DNA from: an uncultured virus (IMG/VR IMGVR_UViG_3300049595_003462)
Lineage: Duplodnaviria; Heunggongvirae; Uroviricota; Caudoviricetes
Reading direction: 5' to 3' (one strand)
Virus record (IMG/VR): IMGVR_UViG_3300049595_003462
DNA: 64,000 nt
The position numbers and the translations under genes are program-made. Of this stretch, positions 31,580-42,226 are shown piece by piece; position 1 is the first letter of the stretch; each line of letters opens with the position of its first letter. Under the pieces are notes generated by a model. That model had not been told where the DNA came from. It saw only the letters and a program-made list of their open reading frames with translations, and searched no databases.

Positions 31580-32308
31580 TTATAACTTATTTCCACAAGA
31601 CGGACAAAATTTATATTTTGATTTCGTCTTGGTACCACACTCGGTACAATAGTGTTTAATATCTTCTGTAGTTTTATTTTTAACCCCCAATGGTAATATC
31701 TTGAAAATAATTTGACGAGATGCGTTATATTCAAAATTTTGATACGAATTAGTAAATTCTTGTTTTGATTTTTCACCTTTTTCAACTCTTCCCGTTTCAA
31801 TGTTATTACTAACGGATAACGTGTTAGAATAATACGCCATTGGAGCGGAAGTTGATGTTGTAAATGTCATATCACCATAATTGGGAACACCTCTACTAAT
31901 AGTAGTATTTAAACTACCACCAACAAATAATGTTGACCCATAACTTGGTTGATATGTTTGTTCATTATAGAACTCAATCCTTACGTCCCCATTTAAATCG
32001 ATTGCCGTCCTGTTTGCCGACGTATCTTTTACTTCGTAGGTACTGAACTCAAACTTGTTGTTAGTGTCAAGGAAACGTTCTAAAAACACTCTTTGACCTG
32101 GTTTAATAACAACACCACCTGTGGAGATGTATTCACCATTCAATTTAATTTTACAGAGAACTGATTTTTGTGTCGGGTTATGAATTTCAAATTCAAAATT
32201 ATCCTTATCTCCAAGGAAAACGGTGTTACCGTTGTAGACTTTAAGACGCGACTTTTTCTTTGTGATGTGAGCTGTCGGTTTGCCCACGCTTGTTGTTGTG
32301 TAATACAT
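31580..32308 (-). CDS. Hypothetical protein with C-terminal zinc ribbon
   Basis: YCTECG..KFCPSCG. Confidence 0.75.
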   Translation of the reverse strand: MYYTTTSVGKPTAHITKKKSRLKVYNGNTVFLGDKDNFEFEIHNPTQKSVLCKIKLNGEYISTGGVVIKPGQRVFLERFLDTNNKFEFSTYEVKDTSANRTAIDLNGDVRIEFYNEQTYQPSYGSTLFVGGSLNTTISRGVPNYGDMTFTTSTSAPMAYYSNTLSVSNNIETGRVEKGEKSKQEFTNSYQNFEYNASRQIIFKILPLGVKNKTTEDIKHYCTECGTKTKSKYKFCPSCGNKL

Positions 32309-32445
32309 TTTCTTTAATTTTATAATAGTTAATGACTATGTTACCAATACCTTCGTGTCCGTGAATACTCAACAGCTTGTTATGGCTGGGGACTGATAAA
32401 CTAAAATCTAAAAATAAATATAAACAATTTGAATTTTCTGTAAAT

Positions 32446-32477
32446 AAAAAAAGGAGACAATTTCTTGTCTCCCTTTT
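32446..32477 (-). terminator. Terminator after the major capsid gene
   Basis: GGAGACAA/TTGTCTCC stem with a U-tract on the - strand. Confidence 0.8.
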
Positions 32478-32503
32478 CTTTGGTATCTAATATAAGATAT
32501 TGA

Positions 32504-34309
32504 TTATCTCAATTCTCTTAAGTCAAATGTTCTAACACCATCAACTGTGATACGTCCGTAGAATCTGTTATTCACCATTTTCTTAGCGTATCTAGTCATG
32601 ATACCTTTGATTGGTGTAAAGTTGAACGGATTGTACATAGTTGGAGTTAATTGTAGAGGTACGTAAGGTGCGTAGATGTAACCTGTGTCTAACAATGATG
32701 TTCCTTTGTGTCCCATTAACACTTGGTTTGGTGGGAAGTAAGGGTCACGGTAAACTTGGTAACGACCAGCTAATGTACCAACTCTTTCAATACCCATGTT
32801 GTATTGGTCTTGCTCAGGAGCCGCGTTTGATACGTGGAAATATTCCAAGTCATCAAAGATTGCACTGATTTCAGAAGAAACAACAATCCAGTTTGCTCCA
32901 CCTCTTAATGTAGATTTGTGGATTTGTGCTGAAATTTGGTTGATTGCTGTGATTAAAGTTTGGTTCCAGTCTTTTTGAGTGTAAGGAACTGCACTTGAAC
33001 CCAGACGCTTCCAACCATTGTAGTCCCATCTTAAGTTCCAAGCTGCACCTTTACGTAAATCTCTTAAGATTTCACGGTCAATTTCAGCCGCAACTTGTTC
33101 AGATAATAAAGCTGTTAATTCAGCTTCAGCATCAATGTTGTGGAACGCTGCAACGTCTTGTGCCATTTCTGGAGACCATTGAGCTCTTAATTTTCTTTCA
33201 GTTACAGAAACTGTTACTGACATAAGGTCAAACGATACCTCACCAATTCTATCTTCAAATTCTAAGTTTTTGTAGATTCTGTAAGTAGATGTAAACGCGT
33301 TATTAGTTGCAGTTGATGAAGAGAATGTTGAACCTGTGTAACCGTCCATAGAACCACCACAAGTGATACATACTGGTACTTGTAAATCAACTTCTAAGTA
33401 GATAACACCCGCAGCATCACACAAGTTGTCATATTGACCACCATCAGTTTTACTGTTAGGGAATACTAACGTAGAATTGTTGTTACCATATTGTACAATA
33501 CCTTTACCATATCTTTGAGTTACAACTCTGAATAAATAAGGGTTTGCAGTGTTTGCTGAAGTATAAACGTTTCCAGCAGCTCCGTAGATTGTCAAATCAG
33601 ATAAGAAAGCTTCGTTATCCATTGGTTGACCATCAGGACCGATTAATTTACCTGCTCCATCAGATGCGAAACCTGACATAGCGATTAATACTTTTCTGTA
33701 ATCAGATTCAGTATAAGCCGAACCAACTAATTGGTCAGCATCCCAAGCTACAGTAGCAACGCTAGCTGTAATTGCAGAATATTGTCCTTTAGAATAGTCA
33801 AATAAACCTGGTGGGTCTAATGCTGGTTCGTTACCTTCGTAGAATCTATCGTAAAGGTCTTTAGTGTTGTTGTAGTCGTAACCACTGTTAGGTGTTTGGT
33901 CAGCAGCCGCGTTTGGTGAACCATACGGTGCGTAGTGAATACCCGTTGTTGCCAAGTTTGCAGGGTCAGTGTACGCTTGAATGTTAGGTACAAAGTAGAA
34001 TAATTTACCGATAGGTAAGTTCATAGCTTGTACTGAAACGATGTCGTTTGCTAATAATTTAGAGAATACACGTCTAACAATTGGGAAAACCACTGTTTCA
34101 AATGCACCTGTATCAGATGTAGATGATGCTTCATTAATTAAAAATGATGCTTGGTTTTCGTATAATTGAGCTACGTTTTCTCTCATGTGACCTTTAAGAC
34201 CTTCTAAAAAGCCTAATTTGTCCCATTTGTTGATTGTGTCTTCCTTGATAACTTTAAGGTGTTTTAACCCGATATTACCAACAAGACCTGATTCTAATAA
34301 TGCTCCCAT
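32504..34309 (-). CDS. Major capsid protein, T4 gp23-like
   Basis: VSVQAM, RKLRAQWSPEMAQD, DAEAELTALLSEQVAAEIDREI, YAPYVPL, GIMTRYA. Confidence 0.95.
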   Translation of the reverse strand: MGALLESGLVGNIGLKHLKVIKEDTINKWDKLGFLEGLKGHMRENVAQLYENQASFLINEASSTSDTGAFETVVFPIVRRVFSKLLANDIVSVQAMNLPIGKLFYFVPNIQAYTDPANLATTGIHYAPYGSPNAAADQTPNSGYDYNNTKDLYDRFYEGNEPALDPPGLFDYSKGQYSAITASVATVAWDADQLVGSAYTESDYRKVLIAMSGFASDGAGKLIGPDGQPMDNEAFLSDLTIYGAAGNVYTSANTANPYLFRVVTQRYGKGIVQYGNNNSTLVFPNSKTDGGQYDNLCDAAGVIYLEVDLQVPVCITCGGSMDGYTGSTFSSSTATNNAFTSTYRIYKNLEFEDRIGEVSFDLMSVTVSVTERKLRAQWSPEMAQDVAAFHNIDAEAELTALLSEQVAAEIDREILRDLRKGAAWNLRWDYNGWKRLGSSAVPYTQKDWNQTLITAINQISAQIHKSTLRGGANWIVVSSEISAIFDDLEYFHVSNAAPEQDQYNMGIERVGTLAGRYQVYRDPYFPPNQVLMGHKGTSLLDTGYIYAPYVPLQLTPTMYNPFNFTPIKGIMTRYAKKMVNNRFYGRITVDGVRTFDLRELR

Positions 34310-34353
34310 TTTAGTTTTTGTTTTGTTTTTAGTTTATTTAAAATTTTTATTTG

Positions 34354-35931
34354 TTACCCTAATTTACCCATTAAATCTTTCATTCTTAAGAACTGAGGAT
34401 TTTCATAAGTTTTTGATTCAATTAGAGTAGTTGATGAACCTGTAGTTACTGTTTTATTTAATTTTGCACCTACTGATTCATTAATTGATTTTGTATCTAC
34501 CTTAGATAATTCGTCTTTGACTGACTTATAAAGACTTTTAGATTCTTTTAAAGTTTGAACATTGTCAAATCTTCTTAGGATGTTTATTTTTTCTTTTTTA
34601 GTAGTTGAGTGTTCTGTGAACAATCTTGTAGCGTAAGCTAAGTTTGAATTAAAGATCGCAACTTCATTAAGTTTTTCTCTGAAAACATTTAATGCTTTTC
34701 TGTATTCTTCATTCTTTTCTCTCAACATTCTAACTTCTTCTTGTGTGGATTCAACTTTAACACCATTTTTACCATAAACATAGTTTCTGTTATTAGTGAT
34801 GCCCTTTCTTAAACCTCGACCTTCTTTAGAACCCATACCATAAGTTCTTGCAGCTTCTTTGGTCTCTTCTTTTTCAAAAGCCTTTTCTCCTTTAGAATTT
34901 GTCATACCTTTTTTAGTGGTGTAATCTTCTTTACCTTTCATGGTTTTAGATTTTTCACCCTTATTCATTCCGTAATTACCTTCCTTAGTTTCAGCTTTAA
35001 CAACTTTAGATTTACCTTCCATGTTAGCACCTTTTTTGTAATCAAATTTAGCTTTACCAGTACCAACAGATTTAGGACCTTGTTTCATGTCTTCTTTAAA
35101 TCCACCTGTTGTTTTCTTGTAACTAAATTTAGGTTTACCCATACCAACACCTTTAGGTTTAATTGTGTTTTTAGATTCCATCATGTTGTCATCTTCCTCC
35201 ATGTCATCTTCTTCCATCATTTCAGAATCCTCCATGTCATCTTCTTCCATCATTTCAGAATCTTCCATGTCATCTTCTTCCATCATTTCAGAATCGTCAT
35301 CTAATGTGATTTCGTAAACAACTTCTTCATCCTCTTCAGACATATCTTTAGAATCTACTTTTGACATATTTCCACTAAAAATAGCATCAATAACATCATC
35401 AACTGATTCATCAAATTCTCCATCATCCGACATCATATCATCTTCCATCATATCATCAGACATCATATCATCTTCCATCATGTCGTCTTCAGATTCACCA
35501 AGCTTAACAAGATATTCTACATCAGCATCATTATCAGTTAAATGAACATTTTCACCGTCTTTTTTAACGATGATTCCGTCATTTTCACCCATAGCTTTGA
35601 ATACTTTTAAAATTTCTTCGTCAGAAGCATCAGTTAAATCAATTGGACTTTCGTCTGAATCCATACCAAAGTCCATTTCCATATCGTCAGATTCATCATC
35701 CAATTCCATGTCCATATCCATGTCTACTTCATCATTATCAGCGGACATATCCATGTCAGCATCTAATTCAACCTCATCTTCGTCAGATTGCTCGGAAAGA
35801 GATTCTTTTACTAGTTGATTGATTTCTTCCTTCATAGTAGAAGCAAGTATTCCTTTTGCATTTGCGGCTATAGCTTCTTCAACTTGTTTCATTTGAATAA
35901 GAGCCTCTTGAACTAATTTGTTTTCTTTCAT
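34354..35931 (-). CDS. Prohead core/scaffold protein (acidic)
   Basis: Between the protease and capsid genes; D/E/M-rich repeats; many [ILV]xE sites. Confidence 0.75.
   Translation of the reverse strand: MKENKLVQEALIQMKQVEEAIAANAKGILASTMKEEINQLVKESLSEQSDEDEVELDADMDMSADNDEVDMDMDMELDDESDDMEMDFGMDSDESPIDLTDASDEEILKVFKAMGENDGIIVKKDGENVHLTDNDADVEYLVKLGESEDDMMEDDMMSDDMMEDDMMSDDGEFDESVDDVIDAIFSGNMSKVDSKDMSEEDEEVVYEITLDDDSEMMEEDDMEDSEMMEEDDMEDSEMMEEDDMEEDDNMMESKNTIKPKGVGMGKPKFSYKKTTGGFKEDMKQGPKSVGTGKAKFDYKKGANMEGKSKVVKAETKEGNYGMNKGEKSKTMKGKEDYTTKKGMTNSKGEKAFEKEETKEAARTYGMGSKEGRGLRKGITNNRNYVYGKNGVKVESTQEEVRMLREKNEEYRKALNVFREKLNEVAIFNSNLAYATRLFTEHSTTKKEKINILRRFDNVQTLKESKSLYKSVKDELSKVDTKSINESVGAKLNKTVTTGSSTTLIESKTYENPQFLRMKDLMGKLG
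35190..35295. repeat. 33-nt coding tandem repeat (DSEMMEEDDME x3)
   Basis: catgtcatcttcttccatcatttcagaatc repeated three times. Confidence 0.8.
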
Positions 35932-36079
35932 ATAGAAAATCTATTTATTTTAACTAATAAATATTACCAAAAAACAAAAAATATCGTTTTTTAATTATAT
36001 ATCTTTTATTTTTTAATGTTTTATGATTAATAATTTTGTGGAAATACAATATTATATCAACATATAAATATGTTCGAGC

Positions 36080-36109
36080 AAAAAAAAAGTGGTCAAAATT
36101 GACCACTTT
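36080..36109 (-). terminator. Intrinsic terminator
   Basis: AAAGTGGTC-AAAATT-GACCACTTT with a U-tract on the - strand. Confidence 0.75.
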
Positions 36110-36131
36110 AGATAAATTGAATTTAAATCAA

Positions 36132-36341
36132 TTATTTAATAACTTCATCTATTTTACTTTCGGATACTGAAGTAATTCTCCAATCATGAGTAAAACCTTC
36201 ATATTTTGCCGTAACCTTTGCTTCTACATCGGTAACAGAATATCCTCTTACAAGTTTTTCTTCTCTGATTTTTTTAATTTTACCGCTGTTTTCATCAGGT
36301 AAATCGTACTGAACTTTCGCTACAAAAAATTTTTCTTCCAT
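36132..36341 (-). CDS. Small conserved protein (DUF4494-like)
   Basis: FVAKVQY..KKIREEKLV..SVTDVEAKV resembles the Bacteroidota DUF4494 N-terminus. Confidence 0.55.
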   Translation of the reverse strand: MEEKFFVAKVQYDLPDENSGKIKKIREEKLVRGYSVTDVEAKVTAKYEGFTHDWRITSVSESKIDEVIK

Positions 36342-36349
36342 AATTATTT

Positions 36350-37072
36350 TTATTTTCCCAAATAATCGGTTAATTTTCTCATTAAGTCAACTCCTTTGGA
36401 TTGGAATTCTGAATTTTCTGGTGTTTTATGTCTTTTTTCTTCTTCTAAGTTTTCTTCATACTTGTTTCTATCTTCAGGATTAGTAAATAAATAAGCTCCT
36501 GGTGTAGATGGTGAAGACACTAAGTCAAAACAAATTAATTCAAAATCCTCTTGTACTTCATTTCTTTCTCCAACCTTTTTTAAGGAACCGACTCCTCTTG
36601 AAGAAACTCCCATGGTTACACCTTGTCTCATTAAGTTAGCTGCTTGGTCTCCTTTTGTTGAAACAATACCTCTTTCATGGAATCCTGGTGATGTTAATAA
36701 TTTAAGTTTACCCATTAGGATATTTTTATCCCACCATATATCAGTAATGATATGTGCTACTCTATCTAAATCAATTAAAGATGATTCAGGGTGGTTAAGT
36801 TCTGAAGTTGATAGTCCCTTGGCTATTGCCTTCTTATAGTTTTCAGCTTCTCTTTTTAATATTCTTTCAGGATAAAATCTTCCGTTTCTATTTGGAGTAT
36901 CGTACTTTTGTAATACGGCATAAAATTCAAATGGATTTCTATAATCTAAGTTAGTTGCTTCCTTTAACATTTCGGAATTACGTATGTCTTTTGGAGAAAC
37001 CCAACCCGCATCCGTCTCAATTAATATGCCATGACCGACTTCACTTGCTTCTAAAATTCTTAATTGTTTCAT
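36350..37072 (-). CDS. Prohead core protease, T4 gp21-like
   Basis: NRNGRFYP, ELNHP, GVSSRGVGS, FDLVSSPSTPGA. Confidence 0.9.
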   Translation of the reverse strand: MKQLRILEASEVGHGILIETDAGWVSPKDIRNSEMLKEATNLDYRNPFEFYAVLQKYDTPNRNGRFYPERILKREAENYKKAIAKGLSTSELNHPESSLIDLDRVAHIITDIWWDKNILMGKLKLLTSPGFHERGIVSTKGDQAANLMRQGVTMGVSSRGVGSLKKVGERNEVQEDFELICFDLVSSPSTPGAYLFTNPEDRNKYEENLEEEKRHKTPENSEFQSKGVDLMRKLTDYLGK

Positions 37073-37117
37073 TAATAGTTTTTAAGATAAATATATCAAA
37101 GGAGTTATTTATTGTTT

Positions 37118-37549
37118 TTATTTAGTTTTTGACACTGAAAAATCAAAGTATTTGTTTTCAATAACATTATCCCTTATAATACTTCTTACTATTTTTTTAA
37201 CCGATTCTTTTAATTCGATAGATTTAAAATCAAATTCTTGGTTGGTATATAAATTAACTTCTAAATTAAAAAATGATTTTTTTCCGTGGGATATCCCACT
37301 TGTTCTTAAATCCAAATCAACAATACTATTTTCTTTAAAAAGACTTGTATCAATTGAATTAAATACGGAATGTTTGATTTCTCGGTTTAAATTACACACG
37401 ACCCTATTCCAATTGTCGTGGTCAAATTTGGGAGATACCCATGATTGAATGTTTATGTATAATGATTTTAAATTTTTAGAATCTACAGTACCATACACCG
37501 ATTTTATCGGACTGAATAGATTTAACTTTACACTTTTTCCTTTTTTCAT
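37118..37549 (-). CDS. Hypothetical protein
   Basis: 143 aa ORF, divergent from rpsU. Confidence 0.65.
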   Translation of the reverse strand: MKKGKSVKLNLFSPIKSVYGTVDSKNLKSLYINIQSWVSPKFDHDNWNRVVCNLNREIKHSVFNSIDTSLFKENSIVDLDLRTSGISHGKKSFFNLEVNLYTNQEFDFKSIELKESVKKIVRSIIRDNVIENKYFDFSVSKTK

Positions 37550-37647
37550 TAAATTTCATTGATGTCAATGTTTATTGTTTGTTAAAACATAACACAAATT
37601 ATACCCATTGTCAAAAATTTTTAAAAAATTGTGATATTTGTAATAAT

Positions 37648-37836
37648 ATGCTAATAGTAAAAATAAAAAAAGACGGAATAGAAAAGGCCTTAAAAACTTT
37701 AAAATCTAAAGTTATTAAAACTAAACAAAATCAAATTCTATTTGAAAAAAAAGAATTTGTTAAAAAATCTGTGGTAAGACGATCTCAAATATTAAAAGCG
37801 TCGTATGTTCAAAAAGTAAAAAATTCTTTAAATTGA
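37648..37836 (+). CDS. rpsU: Ribosomal protein bS21 (phage-encoded)
   Basis: MLIVKIKKDGIEKALKTLKSKVIKTKQ..KEFVKKSVVRRSQILKASYVQ; start at ATG 37648. Confidence 0.85.
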   Translation: MLIVKIKKDGIEKALKTLKSKVIKTKQNQILFEKKEFVKKSVVRRSQILKASYVQKVKNSLN

Positions 37837-38526
37837 TTCTTCCAAGTTCTTTAACTTAAGGAAATTCAATTGGTCAAACTTTTCAGTTTTTAACCTATCT
37901 ATGGTTTCAGACAATTTTGTCTTTAATTCAAACTCCTCTTCTTTTTCTAAGATGATATTAAGTTTGCCAATAGCACTTTCACGAATAGTTTCAAATTTGT
38001 CTTCAAGAGATTTAGAATCTTCAGAGATTAATTGAAGGAATTCTTTTTTAGATGACTCATCAAGATTATCGACATATTTGTTTAAAGTTTGATTTGCAAT
38101 ACTAACCATTGATTTCAATGGAATATTAATAGATTCTTTAACAATATCATTTGTTGAGGTTAACACACTTGTAATATTTTTTTTAGAATTTACTCTCTCT
38201 AACAAATTTAATTTATTTGTATAGACAAGAGCATCAATGTCAGAATATTTGTTCTTAACATTCTCTGATAAAGGTTTTGGTAATTTAATACTTGGCAGTA
38301 ATTGTTGGATTAAACTAATACCTTCTTCTAAAAAGTCTTTAGCGTCAGATTCGTTTAGTCCTTGAGGTGTGCTCAATTGTTCGTATAAAGAATACAATTT
38401 AGACATGGTTTTGTTGTTCAAAACATTATGTTTGAATTCTTTTAGCGATTTCTTGAATTCCTTTTCATCTTTGTAGGATTCAATTAGATTGTTTTCAATT
38501 ATGGATTTGATTTTTCCGAAAGTCAT
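37828..38526 (-). CDS. Hypothetical head-module protein
   Basis: 232 aa; late motif at 38543-38550; IIE/LIE/LNE motifs. Confidence 0.65.
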   Translation of the reverse strand: MTFGKIKSIIENNLIESYKDEKEFKKSLKEFKHNVLNNKTMSKLYSLYEQLSTPQGLNESDAKDFLEEGISLIQQLLPSIKLPKPLSENVKNKYSDIDALVYTNKLNLLERVNSKKNITSVLTSTNDIVKESINIPLKSMVSIANQTLNKYVDNLDESSKKEFLQLISEDSKSLEDKFETIRESAIGKLNIILEKEEEFELKTKLSETIDRLKTEKFDQLNFLKLKNLEESI

Positions 38527-38550
38527 TATGGTGTGTTTTCAATATAAATA

Positions 38551-40419
38551 TTAGGAGTTTAGTAACTTATCCAATTCTTTTGAAATTTCTCCTAAAGATT
38601 GTTGACCTTGACCTAAATCTAAAAATGTTGACCCCTCTAATAAGTTACTTTCAATCAATAAATTCATGTTTTTCATTCTTGATTCTGGAGTAACTGCGGC
38701 TTCTCCACCTTCAGGTGCCCCACCTTCAGGTGCCCCACCTTCAGCTGGTGGTGCAACTTCTTCTCCACCTCCCGCAGGTGGTGGTGCGGTTTCAAATCCT
38801 GCTCCACCTCCAAATGATTCTTCACCACCTGTAGTTGTTGCTGCGGTTGTTGCGGTACCTCCTGTGGTATTACCATAAAGTTTATCTATATTATCAAATA
38901 AACCTGTCTTAGTGATAACTGTAGGAGTTGCTTTAAGTTCTTCACCAACAGCTCTTTCAATTCTTTGTTGTTGTAAATCTAATCTAATTTCTTCGTCAGA
39001 CCAATTAAAGATGTGTTTCTTAGCCCAAGTAGAAGATGTAGGTTGAATACCGTTTCCTGGATCTGAAACTAAATCTTTATACAATAAAACTTTTTCTTTC
39101 CATACATCAATTTTTAATAAGTCTGCTTGTGTAGATGGGTTAGACAAACCTAATGTAAAGTTTTGTAACTCGTCCTCAAACCCTAATAAGAATAAATGAA
39201 CAATTGCAATTTTATTTAACTCGGCAATCATACTTTTTTGAATTCTGTTGATTGTACGAGCAAAACGAATATCTTGTAATGATAAATTTTTACCATCACC
39301 TACAACTTCTTCAAAACCTAAAAATGCTTTAGGAACACGAAGAGCTGTTAATAATTTCTTTTGGATATATTCTATATCGGCAATCTCTGATAAGTTAGTT
39401 GCTCCTGGTAATGTTGTAATTGGGTCTGGCGCGGCTGGGTCACGAACAGGGATAAAATAATCTTGATCTACAGCCATTTGGTTAAACCTCATATCAACAT
39501 TTCCTGTTTTAGCGTCAACAATTTGTTCTCTTTTGAATTTGTTTGCAACACGGTTTACGTATGCTTCAACATCATCATCATTCATGTTACCGACAAAGAC
39601 TTTAAACATTCTTCTTTCAGGTGCTCTTGATGTACGATAGATTAACATTGCATCTTCAGATAACAATAATTGTTTCCATATACGTCTTGCCTTTTCTAAC
39701 ATGGAAGTGCCATAAGGAAGTTTTCGGTCATCACCTAATAATCTAAAGTGAGCAACTTCCCATGATTGGAATTCCATATTTCTGTTTTTCCAAGTAAAAT
39801 GAAGAGCCTTTTTATTCTCATCTTTTTCTTGTGTAATATCCACAGTAATTTTTGCGCTAACTCCAACCTCATGACGTTCAATTTCAATTGTTGGTAATTG
39901 TTGACAACCAATAATACCCTTTTCAGGGTCTAATTTAAGATAAACAAAGTTATCACCATACTTACAAGTGTTTCTTGTCCACATTGGTAAGTTGGTGTTA
40001 ATATCAAGTGCGTTGTTGAATAAATCGGCTAATACAGATTTAATACGTTTTGATTCAGAATAAATTTGAAGGATAAAACCATCTTCATTTGTTGTTGTAG
40101 ATTCTTCAGAATATATGTCTAATGCGGCTGAAATCTCAGGAGTGTACTCCATTGATTCGTAATCGTACTGAGCAGATAATCTTGATGGTTCATAGTAAAT
40201 GGCTTGAGAATATAGGTTGTTTTCAACCTTAGCCCATTGGTTTGTTAAATAAAATGTTTGTTGCGCTTGAAGTTTTTCTCTTTCATAATCATCACGATTT
40301 GGAGTACGCAAAAGTTCTTTCTTATCAAACTTAAAAGTTGGATAATCTTGTTTTAATAATGAATTAGGTCCAAATGTTTTTGACAGCCTCTGCCATACCG
40401 TAAGATTATTATCGCTCAT
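38551..40419 (-). CDS. Portal protein, T4 gp20-like
   Basis: EDAMLIYRTSRAPERR, ITTLPG, DIEYIQKKLLTALRVP; G/P/A-rich tail. Confidence 0.92.
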   Translation of the reverse strand: MSDNNLTVWQRLSKTFGPNSLLKQDYPTFKFDKKELLRTPNRDDYEREKLQAQQTFYLTNQWAKVENNLYSQAIYYEPSRLSAQYDYESMEYTPEISAALDIYSEESTTTNEDGFILQIYSESKRIKSVLADLFNNALDINTNLPMWTRNTCKYGDNFVYLKLDPEKGIIGCQQLPTIEIERHEVGVSAKITVDITQEKDENKKALHFTWKNRNMEFQSWEVAHFRLLGDDRKLPYGTSMLEKARRIWKQLLLSEDAMLIYRTSRAPERRMFKVFVGNMNDDDVEAYVNRVANKFKREQIVDAKTGNVDMRFNQMAVDQDYFIPVRDPAAPDPITTLPGATNLSEIADIEYIQKKLLTALRVPKAFLGFEEVVGDGKNLSLQDIRFARTINRIQKSMIAELNKIAIVHLFLLGFEDELQNFTLGLSNPSTQADLLKIDVWKEKVLLYKDLVSDPGNGIQPTSSTWAKKHIFNWSDEEIRLDLQQQRIERAVGEELKATPTVITKTGLFDNIDKLYGNTTGGTATTAATTTGGEESFGGGAGFETAPPPAGGGEEVAPPAEGGAPEGGAPEGGEAAVTPESRMKNMNLLIESNLLEGSTFLDLGQGQQSLGEISKELDKLLNS

Positions 40420-40456
40420 ATGTTAAATTTACTAATTACCTTGATAATATAAATAG

Positions 40457-42220
40457 TTAACGAGATCCAAATAACCAACCGTATTTTTGATAGTCGGCCT
40501 TAGTTGCAGCCCCATTATTATTTAAATTATTGTCTCTTCCCATTTGTGGAACCATTGGATTAAAAAAGTCGGAAGAGTTTTTATTTTCATTCACAGTTGT
40601 TGCCCATGAATTTATCATCGCCTTTGTATGATTCGTAACTTTTTCTAAAGATTGGAATGATTTTTCTGCAACATATAATGCCATAGAAACACCCATAATA
40701 CAGTCATCGTGATGTCCTTTTTGATGGTCAGGTCTTCCATTGATATAAATAAATGTATTCATTTCATTGTATAATCTATTTGAATATACTTTAAACCCAT
40801 GCCTTACACCCTCTTCAAACGCTGCAATAATTTGAACTCTTTTTGAATTAAAATTAATCCCTGGTATTTTATCATTTATTTTTGGGTCCCATTTCCACTT
40901 ATTACTTGTATCAACATTATCAACATATAATCCAGCTTGATAATTTAACTCTTGTAACTTTCTTGCAGTAGAAATACCCATACCACCTGTGATGTCAATA
41001 ACACAATAAGCATTATACATTGTTCCCCATTTATATGCAATTTCTGCTAATACATCAGGTGGGATTTTTGCAACGTATTCTAACACTTGTTCTCTTTCAT
41101 CAAAATCAATGATTTGAATACACGAGAAGTCTTCAGAGTCACCTCTTGATACATCCACACCCATTACATATTTGTGACCGTTTACGGGTTCTTTAAATAT
41201 CCATAATGAACCACCCATAAGTTTAGCTTGAGGCTCACGTAAAGTATTTTTGGCAATACCTTGCATCAATTCTGATTCAAATACATTATCACCTGAACCC
41301 AAGAAGTTACATTCCAATTCCTGAGCAACTTTTCTTCGGTCAAACTTTAACTTCTTAACCATACTTTCAAACCATGATGAACATGGTTTATATCCCTGAC
41401 TAATGTAATCAGTTACGATTGAATGGTCTCTGTCATATGGATTTTCCATTGACAAGTTAATAATATCCTTATCAGTATATTCTTCTCTATTTAATAAAAA
41501 ATGAACCAAATCGTTTGTTTTAACCATATACAAATCTTTTGTATATCTTGGGTCACGATACCAAAACATCTCAGATATTTTGAAATCATTCATATTCCTT
41601 AATGATTGGTCGTAAATCTCATAGTAAATTTGGTCATATCCGTTTGGAGTAGATACTACAATTACTTTACCCCCTGTTGATAGGGATGCCATACACGCAG
41701 ACCAAAAATCTGAGTCCGCTTCAATAAACGCCGCCTCGTCAAAAACAAGAATTGTTGGAGTATAACCCCTCAAAGCATCTTTTGATGTTGCAACAGCCTT
41801 AACTTCACAATTATTATTAAGTTTAAAGTGTCTTTGGGAGTTTTTTTCTTTTGAGAATGAAATACCAACCCACGCGGGCCATTGTTCAGTAAACCCTCTA
41901 ACCTTGTTAGCCATCTCCATTGATGTGTCTAACTTGTTGGCAATAATAAGGATTTTTTCAGGTTTGTTCTTTTGGGCAAATGCCAATTTTTTTGATATCC
42001 AAGCGGCGGTTACTGTTGATACACCTGCCTGACGATACTTTAATGCAATGTTCTCATTGTATTTGTCGTAATCTTCAATTAAACTAACTTGGTCTGGGAA
42101 TAAATCTAATGGGACGTATTTTGATACGGTATTATCGTATGTCTGTAAATAAGTTCGAAGTGCGTAAGGAGTATTCCTCATGCACTTCGTTAATTCTATA
42201 ATAAGTTGTTCTCTATTCAC
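40457..42220 (-). CDS. Terminase large subunit, T4 gp17-like
   Basis: KYRQAGVST Walker A, LVFDEAAF, VSTPNG, GVDVSRG, HDDCIM. Confidence 0.92.
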   Translation of the reverse strand: MNREQLIIELTKCMRNTPYALRTYLQTYDNTVSKYVPLDLFPDQVSLIEDYDKYNENIALKYRQAGVSTVTAAWISKKLAFAQKNKPEKILIIANKLDTSMEMANKVRGFTEQWPAWVGISFSKEKNSQRHFKLNNNCEVKAVATSKDALRGYTPTILVFDEAAFIEADSDFWSACMASLSTGGKVIVVSTPNGYDQIYYEIYDQSLRNMNDFKISEMFWYRDPRYTKDLYMVKTNDLVHFLLNREEYTDKDIINLSMENPYDRDHSIVTDYISQGYKPCSSWFESMVKKLKFDRRKVAQELECNFLGSGDNVFESELMQGIAKNTLREPQAKLMGGSLWIFKEPVNGHKYVMGVDVSRGDSEDFSCIQIIDFDEREQVLEYVAKIPPDVLAEIAYKWGTMYNAYCVIDITGGMGISTARKLQELNYQAGLYVDNVDTSNKWKWDPKINDKIPGINFNSKRVQIIAAFEEGVRHGFKVYSNRLYNEMNTFIYINGRPDHQKGHHDDCIMGVSMALYVAEKSFQSLEKVTNHTKAMINSWATTVNENKNSSDFFNPMVPQMGRDNNLNNNGAATKADYQKYGWLFGSR

Positions 42221-42226
42221 AAAATG

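Noticed and set aside
32340..32400. Hammerhead ribozyme (CTGTTGA..GAAG resembles CUGAUGA..GAAA)
   Set aside because: Essential core positions differ and stems I/II do not form properly
35932..36131. AT-rich intergenic gap as a possible replication origin
   Set aside because: Explained by a terminator and two late motifs; no iterons seen
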